Assembly (NCBI GenBank): GCA_963663165.1
Contig: OY760175.1
Span: 32,001-96,000, forward strand
Direction of reading: 5' to 3'
DNA length: 64,000 nucleotides
Source of the DNA: an uncultured Desulfospira sp.
Lineage (GTDB): Bacteria > Desulfobacterota > Desulfobacteria > Desulfobacterales > Desulfobacteraceae
Shown here: positions 37,535 to 47,694 of the stretch, piece by piece
Numbering within the stretch: position 1 is the stretch's first letter
Layout of the letters: every line of letters begins with the position of its first letter
The notes under the pieces: generated by a model
Told to the model about the DNA's origin: nothing
The model's database searches: none
What the model saw: the letters and a program-made list of their open reading frames with translations, nothing else
Translations under genes and position numbers: made by a program

Positions 37535-38482
37535 GTGCCGGTCCGGACCTGCCTTATATATGATATTAAAAAATATGCGATCCATGATGGACCGGGGATC
37601 AGGACCACTGTCTTTTTCAAAGGCTGCCCCCTGTCCTGCCGCTGGTGCCACAATCCGGAAGGCATATCCCCTGTACCGCACCTGGTGCATCATCCGGACA
37701 AATGCATGGGGTGTGGTCTGTGTTGTGATGCCTGTCCGCAGAACGCTCTGGAACTTACCGTGTCGCAAGGTTCTAAAAGGATGGTCATTAATCAGGACAT
37801 CTGCCGGACCTGCGGCGACTGTACAAGGGCCTGCCCTGCCGGGGCGATGGCCCTGCAGGGGCAGGTGATAACGGTATCCGGGCTGGCCGACATTATGTTA
37901 AAAGACCGTATTTTTTATGACAGTTCCGGCGGGGGCGTGACCTTTTCCGGTGGAGAACCATTAGCCCAGGGGGAGGCGCTCATAGACCTGCTGACCCGAT
38001 GTAAGGCGGATGAGATTCACACCACCGTGGATACCAGCGGGTTTTCAAGCCGGGGGGTTTTAACGCGGGTATCGGCTCTGGCCGACCTGTTTTTGTATGA
38101 CTTAAAACTCATTGATGATGAGCGGCACCGGCAGTACACCGGGGTATCCAATCAGATGATTTTATCCAACCTGGAGTACCTGATGGTCCAGGGGGCTGAG
38201 GTTCTGGTCCGGATTCCCTTGATCCCGGGGGTCAATGACAGGAAAAAAGATCTGGAAGAATTCGCAGGTTTTCTGTCTGGCCTTGACCCCGTACCGCCGG
38301 TGGAGATTCTGCCTTACCACGATTTCCACTGGCCCAAATATGATAAGCTCGGCATTCCCTACAAGATGAAGGGCACCCTGGTACCGTCAAGAGCCCAGGT
38401 GGAAGAGGCCGGGGGAAAATTAGAACAATTCGGGTTGGCGGTGCAGCATCAGTTCCTGTCAACCGAAAAGACCGTAAAATGA
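37535..38482 (+). CDS. Glycyl-radical enzyme activating protein (radical SAM with a 2x[4Fe-4S] insert)
   Basis: HDGPGIRTTVFFKGCPLSCRWCHNPE, two CxxCxxCxxxCP motifs, GGVTFSGGEP; start uncertain. Confidence 0.93.
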   Translation: MPVRTCLIYDIKKYAIHDGPGIRTTVFFKGCPLSCRWCHNPEGISPVPHLVHHPDKCMGCGLCCDACPQNALELTVSQGSKRMVINQDICRTCGDCTRACPAGAMALQGQVITVSGLADIMLKDRIFYDSSGGGVTFSGGEPLAQGEALIDLLTRCKADEIHTTVDTSGFSSRGVLTRVSALADLFLYDLKLIDDERHRQYTGVSNQMILSNLEYLMVQGAEVLVRIPLIPGVNDRKKDLEEFAGFLSGLDPVPPVEILPYHDFHWPKYDKLGIPYKMKGTLVPSRAQVEEAGGKLEQFGLAVQHQFLSTEKTVK

Positions 38483-38513
38483 CAGTATACCCGTCTGGGT
38501 AAAAGAGAACAAA

Positions 38514-40874
38514 ATGAACAGCAGAATTCAGAAATTAAGGGAAAAATCATTTGCCGCCGTGCCCTCCATTTCCATTGAACGGGCGGTATTGACCACACAA
38601 TTTTATAAAGAAAACTCAGGCAAGTATTCTCTTGCCGTACTGCGGGCATTAAATTTTAAAAATTTGTGTGAAAAAAAACAAATTTATATGGGCCAGGATG
38701 AATTAATTGTCGGGGAACGCGGCCCGTTTCCCAAGGCCGTCCCCACATTTCCCGAGTTGACCTGTCATTCGGCCGCCGATCTTGACACCTTGAACAGCCG
38801 GCCCATGACCCCGTATACCATTGGTCCAGAGGATATCGAGGTTTACCGGGAAACCGTCATCCCCTACTGGCAGGGGCGCAGCATGCGGGACCGGGTATTT
38901 TCCCATGTGCCCAAAGAATGGGAAGATGCCTATGGGGCAGGGCTTTTCACTGAATTTATGGAACAACGGGCCCCGGGCCATACCACCCTTGACGGGATGA
39001 TTTACGAAAACGGGATGCTGGATTTTAAGGCAAAGATTAAACATCAGCTTGACGGTCTTGATTTTATCCATGACCCTAAGGCCCTGGAAAAAGCCGAAGC
39101 GCTTAAGGCCATGGACATTTCATGTGATGCCGCCATGATTTTTGCCCGGCGCCACGCGGCCCTGGCAAAAGAAATGGCCGAGTCTGAAACAGATCCTGGA
39201 CGAAAAGCAGCGCTTAACCGGATCGCCGCTGTCTGCGAACGGATTCCGGCCCATGCCCCCGGGACCCTGTGGGAAGCTGTTCAAATGTACTGGTTTGTCC
39301 ACCTGGGCACCATTACCGAGCTCAACGGCTGGGATGCCATGAACCCCGGCCACCTGGACCAGCATCTGCTGCCCTTTTATGAAAGGGACCTTGCTTCAGG
39401 GCTTTTGGACCGGGAAGGGGCCAAAGAACTGATCTCCTGCCTGTGGATCAAATTCAACAACCATCCGGCCCCGCCCAAGGTCGGGGTGACGGCCAAGGAA
39501 AGCGGAACCTACAATGATTTTACCAATATCAACCTGGCCGGTTTAACCCGGGACGGGAGGGACGGTTCCAATGATTTGTCCTATCTGATTCTGGAGGTGG
39601 CCGATGATTTAAAGCTGCTCCAGCCCCAGTGCAATGTCCAGATCAGCGAAAAAACACCCCGGAAAATGCTCAAGGCCGCCTGCCGGGTGATCCGCAAGGG
39701 GTATGGATACCCGTCGGTGTTTAATGCGGACACGGTTGTCTTAGAGCAGGTCCGGGCCGGCAAAACCATTGAAGACGCCAGGGAAGGCGGGTGTTCCGGC
39801 TGTATTGAGACCGGGGCATTCGGCAAAGAAGCCTATATCCTGACCGGGTATCTGAATGTGCCCAAACTGCTGGAGCTTGCCTTAAACAATGGCAAAGATC
39901 CCTTAACCGGAAAACAGATCGGCATCAAAACCGGTGACCCTGAAACGTTTACCGCCTATGATCAGGTCTTTGCGGCATTTGCGGCCCAGCTCCACCATGG
40001 GGTGGCGTTGAAAATCGGTGTTAACAACTATATTGAGCAGATGTTTGCACAGCATTGCCCGGCCCCTTTTCTGTCCGTGGTGATCCGGGACTGTATTGAG
40101 AAAGGGAAAGATTACTACAACGGCGGCCCCCGGTACAACACCACCTATATCCAGTGCTGCGGCATTGGGACCATTACCGACAGCCTCTCTGCCATCAAAA
40201 AACATGTGTTTGAAGAAAAAACCGTATCCATGGGGGTGCTTTTAGATGCCCTGGCAAAGAACTTTGAAGGGCATGAGCCCTTGAGGATGCGCCTTTGGAA
40301 CAAGACCCCGTTTTTCGGCAATGACGATGATGGGGCCGATCACATCATGAAGGCGGTTTACGCAAGCCTTTTTGCCGCCATTGACGGACAGCCCAATACC
40401 AAGGGAACGACCTACCATTTGAACATGCTGTCCACCACCTGCCACGTTTATTTCGGCAAAATGCTCGGGGCTTCGGCCAATGGACGGTTTGCCGGCATGC
40501 CCATGTCCGACGGGACCTCTCCCTCCCATGGGGCGGACCGGAACGGGCCCACGGCCGTCATTAAATCCCTGGGCAAAATGGACCAGTCCAAATCCGGGGG
40601 CACCCTTTTAAACCAGCGGTTTTTGCCCCAGGTGCTGGAAACCGAGCCGGATCTGGACAAACTTTCCTGGCTGATCCGAAGCTATTTTAAGCTTGGCGGC
40701 CACCATATCCAGTTTAACATTGTGGACACAAAGACCCTAACAGATGCCCAGGCCCATCCGGACCAATACCGGGACCTTCTGGTCCGGGTGGCGGGATACA
40801 GCGATTATTTTGTGGATCTGGATCCGTACCACCAGGCCGAAATTATCAACCGCACCGCCCATGAGGCCCTTTAA
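38514..40874 (+). CDS. hypD: Glycyl radical enzyme, trans-4-hydroxy-L-proline dehydratase type
   Basis: FTEFMEQRAPGHT, WDA, PAPPKVG..KESGTYNDF, SGCIE, TTCH and RVAGYS match the HypD active-site segments. Confidence 0.85.
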   Translation: MNSRIQKLREKSFAAVPSISIERAVLTTQFYKENSGKYSLAVLRALNFKNLCEKKQIYMGQDELIVGERGPFPKAVPTFPELTCHSAADLDTLNSRPMTPYTIGPEDIEVYRETVIPYWQGRSMRDRVFSHVPKEWEDAYGAGLFTEFMEQRAPGHTTLDGMIYENGMLDFKAKIKHQLDGLDFIHDPKALEKAEALKAMDISCDAAMIFARRHAALAKEMAESETDPGRKAALNRIAAVCERIPAHAPGTLWEAVQMYWFVHLGTITELNGWDAMNPGHLDQHLLPFYERDLASGLLDREGAKELISCLWIKFNNHPAPPKVGVTAKESGTYNDFTNINLAGLTRDGRDGSNDLSYLILEVADDLKLLQPQCNVQISEKTPRKMLKAACRVIRKGYGYPSVFNADTVVLEQVRAGKTIEDAREGGCSGCIETGAFGKEAYILTGYLNVPKLLELALNNGKDPLTGKQIGIKTGDPETFTAYDQVFAAFAAQLHHGVALKIGVNNYIEQMFAQHCPAPFLSVVIRDCIEKGKDYYNGGPRYNTTYIQCCGIGTITDSLSAIKKHVFEEKTVSMGVLLDALAKNFEGHEPLRMRLWNKTPFFGNDDDGADHIMKAVYASLFAAIDGQPNTKGTTYHLNMLSTTCHVYFGKMLGASANGRFAGMPMSDGTSPSHGADRNGPTAVIKSLGKMDQSKSGGTLLNQRFLPQVLETEPDLDKLSWLIRSYFKLGGHHIQFNIVDTKTLTDAQAHPDQYRDLLVRVAGYSDYFVDLDPYHQAEIINRTAHEAL

Positions 40875-40910
40875 CCGCCCCTGGGGCAGCCACAGCCCCT
40901 TCCGGTTTTT

Positions 40911-41090
40911 TTATATGAAAGTCTCACTAAGGTCCTGAAAAGACTTTCATTATTTGTTGTGGACGGTTCTTGGTTGGATAACCAAGGCGGCCCGTGGCCG
41001 TTATATGAAAGTATCACTAACTACCTGTAAAGACGTTCAATATTTGTTGTGGGCGGTTCCTGGTTGGATAACCAAGACGGCCCGTGGCCG
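40911..41090 (+). repeat. Two tandem 90-bp copies of a dispersed MITE/REP-like repeat
   Basis: Units 40911-41000 and 41001-41090 (TTATATGAAAGT..CACTAA...TGGTTGGATAACCAAG.CGGCCCGTGGCCG). Confidence 0.88.
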
Positions 41091-41186
41091 TTATTTGACT
41101 TAATGGCCCAGTTATCCCATAACAGCCAAAACCTAACCATTACCCGCTAAAAGCTAATGGCTAACAGCTAAAAAAGGAGCCGTCCC

Positions 41187-42419
41187 ATGGAAGACCCGTC
41201 ACCCCCCAAACCGTTTCATTACGGCTGGGCCATTGTGCTCACCGGCCTGGCCGTTGTTTTTTCATGTTTGGGGCTGAGCCGGTTTTCCCTGGGCATGCTG
41301 CTGCCCTCCATGGGGGCAACGCTGGGCCTTAGCTATTCACAGATGGGGCTGATCGGTACCGGCAATTTTATAGGGTACATGGCTTCTGTGATCTTATCCG
41401 GATTGATTGCCGGCCTGCTGGGTGCCCGATGGACCATATCTGCCGGTCTGGTCCTGGTGGGGGTTTCCACGGCGGTCATCAGCCAGGCCAGTGGGTTTGG
41501 CCAGATCCTGCTGCTGTATACGGCCACAGGCCTGGGGTCTGGTCTGGCCAACGTTCCCATGATGGGACTGGTGTCCCATTGGTTTACCAAGGCATTCCGG
41601 GGCAGGGCCGCCGGCGGCATGCTGTCCGGGAATGGCCTGGCCATTGTGTTCAGCGGTTTTTTTATCCCCTGGATTAATACTGTCCAAGGCCCTGAAGGAT
41701 GGCGGGTCAGCTGGCTGGCCATTGGTCTGATTTGTCTTATCACAGCCGGTTTTACGGCATTGGTGCTGCGAAATGATCCCCTGCAGATGGGGCTTTCGCC
41801 TTTGGGGCCTGAGGACCCGCCGTCGGCCGTGCCCCCTGGTTTTTCAACAAAGCAGAACAGCCATCGGAAAACCATGGTTCATTTGGGGATGATCTATTTG
41901 CTGTTCGGGGCCACGTATTCGGTCTTTGTCACCTTTATCGTCACCGCCATGGTAAATGAAAGGGGGTTTGGCGAAGGGACCGCCGGCACCTTCTGGGCGG
42001 TGGTGGGGGGGCTGTCCATATTCTCAGGACCCCTTTTCGGTGCGCTTTCCGACCGGCTGGGCAGAAAAACCGGCATGATAACGGTATATACCCTTTTCAC
42101 CCTTGCCTATACGCTGGCCGCCGGGGGCCTGCCCAACCCGTTTCTGTATGCCTCTATTGCCATTTTCGGGCTGGCCGTGTGGAGTATTCCCACCATCATG
42201 TCCGCCGCTGTGGGAGATTATATGGGGCCGTCCCTTGCGGTAAAGGCCTTTGGCTTTATTACCCTTTTTTTCGGGGTCGGCCAGATTGTCGGGCCGGCAT
42301 TGGCCGGTTATCTGACCGATATTTCCGGCAGTTTTGGTATGGCCTTTGGGCTATGTGCCCTGCTCACGGCCTGTGCGGTGGTCCTGGCCTGGTTTCTTAA
42401 ACCCCCTGAAAGCATTTAG
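41187..42419 (+). CDS. MFS transporter (YbfB/YjiJ-like)
   Basis: About 12 TM segments, GLSRFSLGMLLP, LSDRLGRK. Confidence 0.88.
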   Translation: MEDPSPPKPFHYGWAIVLTGLAVVFSCLGLSRFSLGMLLPSMGATLGLSYSQMGLIGTGNFIGYMASVILSGLIAGLLGARWTISAGLVLVGVSTAVISQASGFGQILLLYTATGLGSGLANVPMMGLVSHWFTKAFRGRAAGGMLSGNGLAIVFSGFFIPWINTVQGPEGWRVSWLAIGLICLITAGFTALVLRNDPLQMGLSPLGPEDPPSAVPPGFSTKQNSHRKTMVHLGMIYLLFGATYSVFVTFIVTAMVNERGFGEGTAGTFWAVVGGLSIFSGPLFGALSDRLGRKTGMITVYTLFTLAYTLAAGGLPNPFLYASIAIFGLAVWSIPTIMSAAVGDYMGPSLAVKAFGFITLFFGVGQIVGPALAGYLTDISGSFGMAFGLCALLTACAVVLAWFLKPPESI

Positions 42420-42439
42420 CCTGAACATGTATAGAAACA

Positions 42440-44026
42440 TTATTTCCCGGGCCGGACAATGCCCAGCTTTGACATTCTCGACTCCAGGGTGGTCGGCTTC
42501 ATCCCCAATATTTTAGCGGCGCCCTTTTCACCCCGGACACACCAGTTGGTTGTCTCAAGGGTGGCGATAATGTGCCTTTTTTGTATGGCATCAAGGGTGG
42601 CGCCTTGATCTGTCGCAATCTCCTGCTGTGCGGGAATACTGATTTGAAGGGATCTCCCCTTTGTAATGATCATGGCCCGCTCCACCACGTTTCGAAGTTC
42701 ACGGACATTTCCGGGCCACTCATACTGGCGAAGGGTATCCATGGTGGCATTGGAGATTCTGTCAATGCGTTTGCCCATCTTTTCGGAAAAATGGCGGACA
42801 AAAAACCAGACCAAAGCCGGAATATCGGACCGGCGCTCCCTTAAAGGGGGAATAATGAGGGGGAATACATTTAACCGGTAATAAAGGTCAGACCGGAATT
42901 CACCGGTCTTTACCGCCTGGAGCAGGTTCCGGTTGGTGGCGGCAATCACCCGGACATCGCTTGCAATGCTTTTGTGCCCCCCCAGCCGTTCAAACTTTTT
43001 TTCCTGAAGGACCCGGAGCAGTTTGACCTGAAGGGAAAGAGAGAGTTCCCCGATTTCATCTAAGAAAAGGGTGGATTTATCGGCCAGCTCAAATCGGCCG
43101 ATCCGCCGGGATTCAGCACCGGTAAACGCCCCTTTTTCGTGGCCGAACAACTCGCTTTCCACTAAATTGGAGGGCAGTGCCGCGCAATTGACCGTTACCA
43201 TGGTATGCTCTCGGCGAAGGCTTAAGGCATGGATGGCTTTGGCAAGCAGTTCTTTGCCGGTCCCGGTCTCCCCGAGGATCAGGACGGTGGTATCCATTTT
43301 GGCCACTTGCCCGGCCAGGACCAGCACATCCTTGATGCACTTGCTTTCTGCAATAAACTCATCCTGCTGATGGCGAAGAGAGATCTCTTCACGCAGGAAA
43401 ATATTTTCGGCTTCAAGTTTGTCCTTGAGATACTGGATTTCCGAAAAGGCCTGGCGAAGCTTCAGCTCTGAGGTTTTCCGCATGATGGCGTTGGCAAAAA
43501 CCATGCCCAGCATTTTTAATCGTTTTACAAGGAAATCCGGCCATTTCCGGGGGTTTTTCAAGCAGGCAAACCCCACCACACCGAGAAAAGAGCCCCCCAC
43601 GGCCATGGGAACCAGCACACTGGACTGAATCCCCTCGGTCCGGCAATGCCGTTTTTCAATGACCGCCTCATCGGGCAGGTCTTTTACATTTTCCATCACA
43701 ATGGTCCGGCACTGGTAAAGCCTGTGGGTGTACCAGGGTTGATGCTCGTTAAGGACCATATCCGGCATGGGGGAGACCCCGGGAACAGCATAGGCATGGG
43801 TTACAATCAGTTTTTTGAGGTCATCGGTAAACTGGGCCACACTGCACCGGTCAATATCCAGGGCTTCGGTAATCCGCTGGAGAACGGTTTCGATTTCAAT
43901 ATCAATTTTGTCTGCCGGCAGGTTCACGAATTTACTGGAGACCTCTGTCAGCAGGGTTTCAAATTGAAGGCGCTCTTCAAGATTAATTACGGATGGATCA
44001 TATGAAAGTTCATCTTCAGCTAACAT
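42440..44026 (-). CDS. Sigma54-dependent enhancer-binding protein (GAF-AAA+-HTH, FhlA-like)
   Basis: GETGTGKE, ESELFGHEKGAFTGA, LFLDEIGE, WPGNVREL, C-terminal HTH. Confidence 0.95.
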   Translation of the reverse strand: MLAEDELSYDPSVINLEERLQFETLLTEVSSKFVNLPADKIDIEIETVLQRITEALDIDRCSVAQFTDDLKKLIVTHAYAVPGVSPMPDMVLNEHQPWYTHRLYQCRTIVMENVKDLPDEAVIEKRHCRTEGIQSSVLVPMAVGGSFLGVVGFACLKNPRKWPDFLVKRLKMLGMVFANAIMRKTSELKLRQAFSEIQYLKDKLEAENIFLREEISLRHQQDEFIAESKCIKDVLVLAGQVAKMDTTVLILGETGTGKELLAKAIHALSLRREHTMVTVNCAALPSNLVESELFGHEKGAFTGAESRRIGRFELADKSTLFLDEIGELSLSLQVKLLRVLQEKKFERLGGHKSIASDVRVIAATNRNLLQAVKTGEFRSDLYYRLNVFPLIIPPLRERRSDIPALVWFFVRHFSEKMGKRIDRISNATMDTLRQYEWPGNVRELRNVVERAMIITKGRSLQISIPAQQEIATDQGATLDAIQKRHIIATLETTNWCVRGEKGAAKILGMKPTTLESRMSKLGIVRPGK

Positions 44027-44242
44027 TCGTCACCATTCTCGAGCTACTTGAATAAACTTAAAATACAAATTGACCGCTTTCGTTTCATCCGTAATATCAA
44101 TCTTTTCTTTTACATTCAACTGATTTTCACAAAGGGGGTGTACGGTCTGTCAACAACCCGTCCAACCTGGCATCAAGCATAATGAATATGCCGGCACCCG
44201 GTTGAATGGTAAACCGGCTAACGGAAGATACCCTCAATAAAA

Positions 44243-44279
44243 CAGGGCTGCCAAGGCCATAACGCCTTTGGCAGCCCTG
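44243..44279 (-). terminator. Terminator after the TRAP operon
   Basis: CAGGGCTGCCAA/TTGGCAGCCCTG stem followed by TTTT. Confidence 0.75.
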
Positions 44280-44315
44280 AAATTCATCAGCCCGGCCCAC
44301 CGGCCGGTTTTTTAA

Positions 44316-45617
44316 TTAACCAGACATCAAGTTGGGAAGAAACAGGGTCAGCTGGGGGATGGCGATCAAAAAGGCAATCTCCACCAGATCCGCCAGAATA
44401 AACGGCATCACCCCCTTGAAGATGGTGCCCATGGGTTCTCCTGTAATGCCTTGAATGATATATACATTCAGCCCCACAGGAGGGGTGATCAGTCCCATTT
44501 CCGTTACCCGGACCACCAGAATGCCGAACCATATGGGGTCAAACTGAAGGAACTCGATCATGGGGTAAAAGACCGGCACGGTGAGCAGCACAATGGCCAT
44601 GGAGTCCATCAGGCAGCCCAGCACGCCCACCACCAGCAAAATCACCAGTAAAATCACATACCGGTTTAAGTCAAGTCCGCCCACCCAGGAGGCCAGCTCA
44701 AAGGGAAGCCGGCTGACCGAGAAGAAATACCCCAGGATCATGGCCCCCATGACCACTAAAAACAGCATTCCTGTAGTCAACGAGGTCTTTACAAGGCTTG
44801 ATTTAAATGTGCCCCATGACATCTTGCGCCGCAGCATGGCAAAGCAAAGGGTTCCAAACGCCCCCACAGCCGCTGCTTCGGTGGGGGTGAAAATGCCCAC
44901 GTAAATCCCCCCGATGACAACAATAAACAGCAGCAGCACCTCCCATACTTTGGAAAAGGACCTGACCCGCTCCCCCATGGTGGCCCGGGGACCCGGAGGG
45001 CCCATTTCCGGCCTGAAATGGGTAATGACCAGAATGGTGAGCATGTAAAAAAGGGCTTCTAAAATACCGGGGACAAATCCGGCCAGAAACAGTTTGGCAA
45101 TGGACTGCTCTGTAATGATCCCGTAAATAATCAGGATCACGCTTGGCGGAATCAGAATGCCGATGCTGCCGCCGGCGGCAATACACCCCGTTGCCAGGGC
45201 AGAATCATAATTATACTTTTTCATCTCCGGCATGGCCACTTTGCCCAGGGTTGCCGCCGTGGCCAGGCTTGAGCCGCTGATGGCGGCAAAACAGGCGCAG
45301 GCAGCCACCGTTGCCATGGCAAGCCCGCCCCTCAGATGGCCAAGCCACCGGTGAACCGCCAGATAAAGATCCTCGCTGATTCCGGCATCAAAGGCAAAAG
45401 TCCCCATTAAAATAAACAAAGGGATGACACATAAATTCTGATTGGACAATGTACTGTACGGAACGGTTCGAAGCAGGCCCAGGGCAGGGTCCAGCCCCAG
45501 GGTATAGGCAAATCCTAAAAAACCCACCAGCCCCATGCACAAACCGATATGCATCCTGGCAAGGATCAGGATGACCAAAACAATGATACCGATAATTCCC
45601 ACAAGCATAGGGCTCAT
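44316..45617 (-). CDS. dctM: TRAP transporter large permease
   Basis: IPLFILMG, AISGSS.A, GILIPPS, GLITPPVG. Confidence 0.94.
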   Translation of the reverse strand: MSPMLVGIIGIIVLVILILARMHIGLCMGLVGFLGFAYTLGLDPALGLLRTVPYSTLSNQNLCVIPLFILMGTFAFDAGISEDLYLAVHRWLGHLRGGLAMATVAACACFAAISGSSLATAATLGKVAMPEMKKYNYDSALATGCIAAGGSIGILIPPSVILIIYGIITEQSIAKLFLAGFVPGILEALFYMLTILVITHFRPEMGPPGPRATMGERVRSFSKVWEVLLLFIVVIGGIYVGIFTPTEAAAVGAFGTLCFAMLRRKMSWGTFKSSLVKTSLTTGMLFLVVMGAMILGYFFSVSRLPFELASWVGGLDLNRYVILLVILLVVGVLGCLMDSMAIVLLTVPVFYPMIEFLQFDPIWFGILVVRVTEMGLITPPVGLNVYIIQGITGEPMGTIFKGVMPFILADLVEIAFLIAIPQLTLFLPNLMSG

Positions 45618-46096
45618 TCTGGCTTTTCCTCCTTAAAGCGGTTGGCGATCTGTTTTATTAGAATCAATGCAAACACAGCAAACCCCAGGGCCGTAGGAAT
45701 GACAAAGGGGAACGCCGGGACATGCAATACCGCGGATGTGGTGTTAAAGGATTTGACCTCCCAGAAATACAGGACATTCTGCCAGGAAATCAGAATGACA
45801 AATATCAGGGATATAAATGTGATGACCATGTTGGTGACGCTGCGGACCTTTGATGAAAACCGGTCCATAATCAGGTCAACGGCAATGTGGGAGTTATGAA
45901 ACGCACAATAGGCGATGCCAAAGGGCACCAGAACGGCCATCATATACTCTACCAGTTCAAACGCGCCGGGAATGGGACTGTTGAAAAGGGCGCGCAGGAA
46001 AACATCAAGTGTGGTTAAAAACATCATCAGCGCCAGCATGAATGCACTGGCGGCAATTAATATTTCAACCAGTTTTTTCATAAATGGTTGTTTCAT
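45614..46096 (-). CDS. dctQ: TRAP transporter small permease
   Basis: DVFLR..FNSPIPG.FEL, HIAVD; four TM segments. Confidence 0.9.
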   Translation of the reverse strand: MKQPFMKKLVEILIAASAFMLALMMFLTTLDVFLRALFNSPIPGAFELVEYMMAVLVPFGIAYCAFHNSHIAVDLIMDRFSSKVRSVTNMVITFISLIFVILISWQNVLYFWEVKSFNTTSAVLHVPAFPFVIPTALGFAVFALILIKQIANRFKEEKPE

Positions 46097-46250
46097 GTGT
46101 ATGAGATCCTGATAGAATAAAAACAAAGGGTAAAAAAACAGCCAAGAAAAAAAGAAGACCTTTGCGGTTTTCCTCTCCCCCTGCATATCAACGGGTGGCA
46201 GCCAATGACAAAAAAGCAAAGGGAGAAGAAAAAGGTGCCTTTAAGTTAAG

Positions 46251-47288
46251 TTACTCTTTGCTTAAAGCAACCGCCGCATCAAGAATCTCACGGGCATTTT
46301 TATGGCCGCTTTTTTCCATGTTTTTAACCCACAGCTCCCAAATGGGTTTTCCGGCCTGGTCCAGCCATCTTTGGTGTTCTTCTTCGGAAAGCTTCAGGAC
46401 GTCAATGGTTTTCCCTAAGGATTTAACCTTTTCAAAAACCCCGTCTTTGGCGGTGTCAAAATGATTTTTTCCCCAGAACTTTGATCCTTCAAGACCGCTG
46501 ACGCTCATGATGGCGTCCTGAATTTCTTTTCCAAGAGAGGCCCATTTGCGTTTGTTCATGGCAATGGAAAAGTAGACGGCAGGGAAAGGGGTTTCCGTGT
46601 AAAAATGGGCGACTTCATAAAGCCTGAACCCGTGAATGGCCTCCCATGGCGCTCCCATCCCGTCAATAACGCCTTTCTGGAAAGCCATGTAGATGTCGGG
46701 CATGGGGATCAGCATAGGGGTTCCGCCAAGGGCTTTCATCATATCGGTTGGGGGGCCGCCGCTCATTCTGATTTTCATCCCTTTCAACTCTTCAATGGTG
46801 GTGACCTTTTTGTCTTTGGTGAGCAGGATGTAAGGGTTGCTGGTAAACAGAAGCAGCACCTGGTTGTCGGTAAACTCTTTTTGAATGGATGGAAATTTTT
46901 CATAGAGTTTCCAGAATACCTCACTGCCCTTTTCTGCGGAAGTAAACGGAAGGGCCGGAAGGCTGATGACATCGGCCAGGGGGGTCATGCCGGACCAGTA
47001 CCCGTGAAAACACCAGGAAATATCCGAGATGCCCGTCTTGGTGGCACTCCAGGCATCTTTTCCCTTGCTCAGGGTATTGCTGTAATACACGTCGATTTTT
47101 ACTTTTCCGCCGGTGGCATCTTCCACGGCTTTGGCCCAGGGGCCAATGGCGTGCATTCCGCTCCAGCTGGTTTCAGAATTCTGGTTGGCGAATGTCAGTT
47201 TAATGGGCTTGGCAAAGGATACAGATGTGCAGCAAAGAAGAAGGAACGCGAGCGCTGGAATCCAAAAAGCCTTGTTGTTTTTCATCAT
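46251..47288 (-). CDS. dctP: TRAP transporter substrate-binding protein
   Basis: Signal peptide; LKGMKIR, ALGGTP, QKGVIDG. Confidence 0.92.
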   Translation of the reverse strand: MMKNNKAFWIPALAFLLLCCTSVSFAKPIKLTFANQNSETSWSGMHAIGPWAKAVEDATGGKVKIDVYYSNTLSKGKDAWSATKTGISDISWCFHGYWSGMTPLADVISLPALPFTSAEKGSEVFWKLYEKFPSIQKEFTDNQVLLLFTSNPYILLTKDKKVTTIEELKGMKIRMSGGPPTDMMKALGGTPMLIPMPDIYMAFQKGVIDGMGAPWEAIHGFRLYEVAHFYTETPFPAVYFSIAMNKRKWASLGKEIQDAIMSVSGLEGSKFWGKNHFDTAKDGVFEKVKSLGKTIDVLKLSEEEHQRWLDQAGKPIWELWVKNMEKSGHKNAREILDAAVALSKE

Positions 47289-47344
47289 AAAACTCCTTTA
47301 CTTGGGTTACGTCTTGCGGTTATGGGGTTGTGGTACACAATGAA

Positions 47345-47677
47345 TCACCGGGGTGAAAAAATAACCGTGCGGGGCGTTACTTCCGCCACTTGAGCGAGCT
47401 GTTCAAGTGCACCGAACTGCATGCAGTTTGCCTGGCAATGCTTCACACAGGTGGGTTCTTCCCCCTGGCGGCATCGGTTGATGCACAAATCACACAATTC
47501 GGTCGGGAACGGAAGGTAGTCTATTGCCACCGGTTTTTTATCTGCTTTATAGACATATTCCGTTACCTTTATTCCGCACTTTCCCGCCGGGAAATCATGT
47601 TCTTGTTGACAGGCCACTTCACAGGTGTGGCAGCCGGTACAAAATTCATAATTGATGAGCAATCCGTTTTTTGACAT
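47345..47677 (-). CDS. 4Fe-4S small subunit of the molybdoenzyme
   Basis: GLLINYEFCTGCHTCEVAC...CDLC...PTCVKHCQANC. Confidence 0.9.
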   Translation of the reverse strand: MSKNGLLINYEFCTGCHTCEVACQQEHDFPAGKCGIKVTEYVYKADKKPVAIDYLPFPTELCDLCINRCRQGEEPTCVKHCQANCMQFGALEQLAQVAEVTPRTVIFSPR

Positions 47678-47694
47678 GATTGGGGGCCTCCTTC

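Noticed and set aside
38514..40874. Pyruvate formate-lyase, choline TMA-lyase or benzylsuccinate synthase
   Set aside because: No Cys-Cys pair, no microcompartment genes, no small bss subunits; the motifs fit HypD
40911..41090. Possible CRISPR array
   Set aside because: Only two full-length 90-bp units, no unique spacers, no cas genes
41125..41172. Heptamer repeats CTAANNG upstream of the MFS gene (and CATGGAT near 11196)
   Set aside because: Only 2-4 degenerate units; a common intergenic low-complexity pattern with no supportable function
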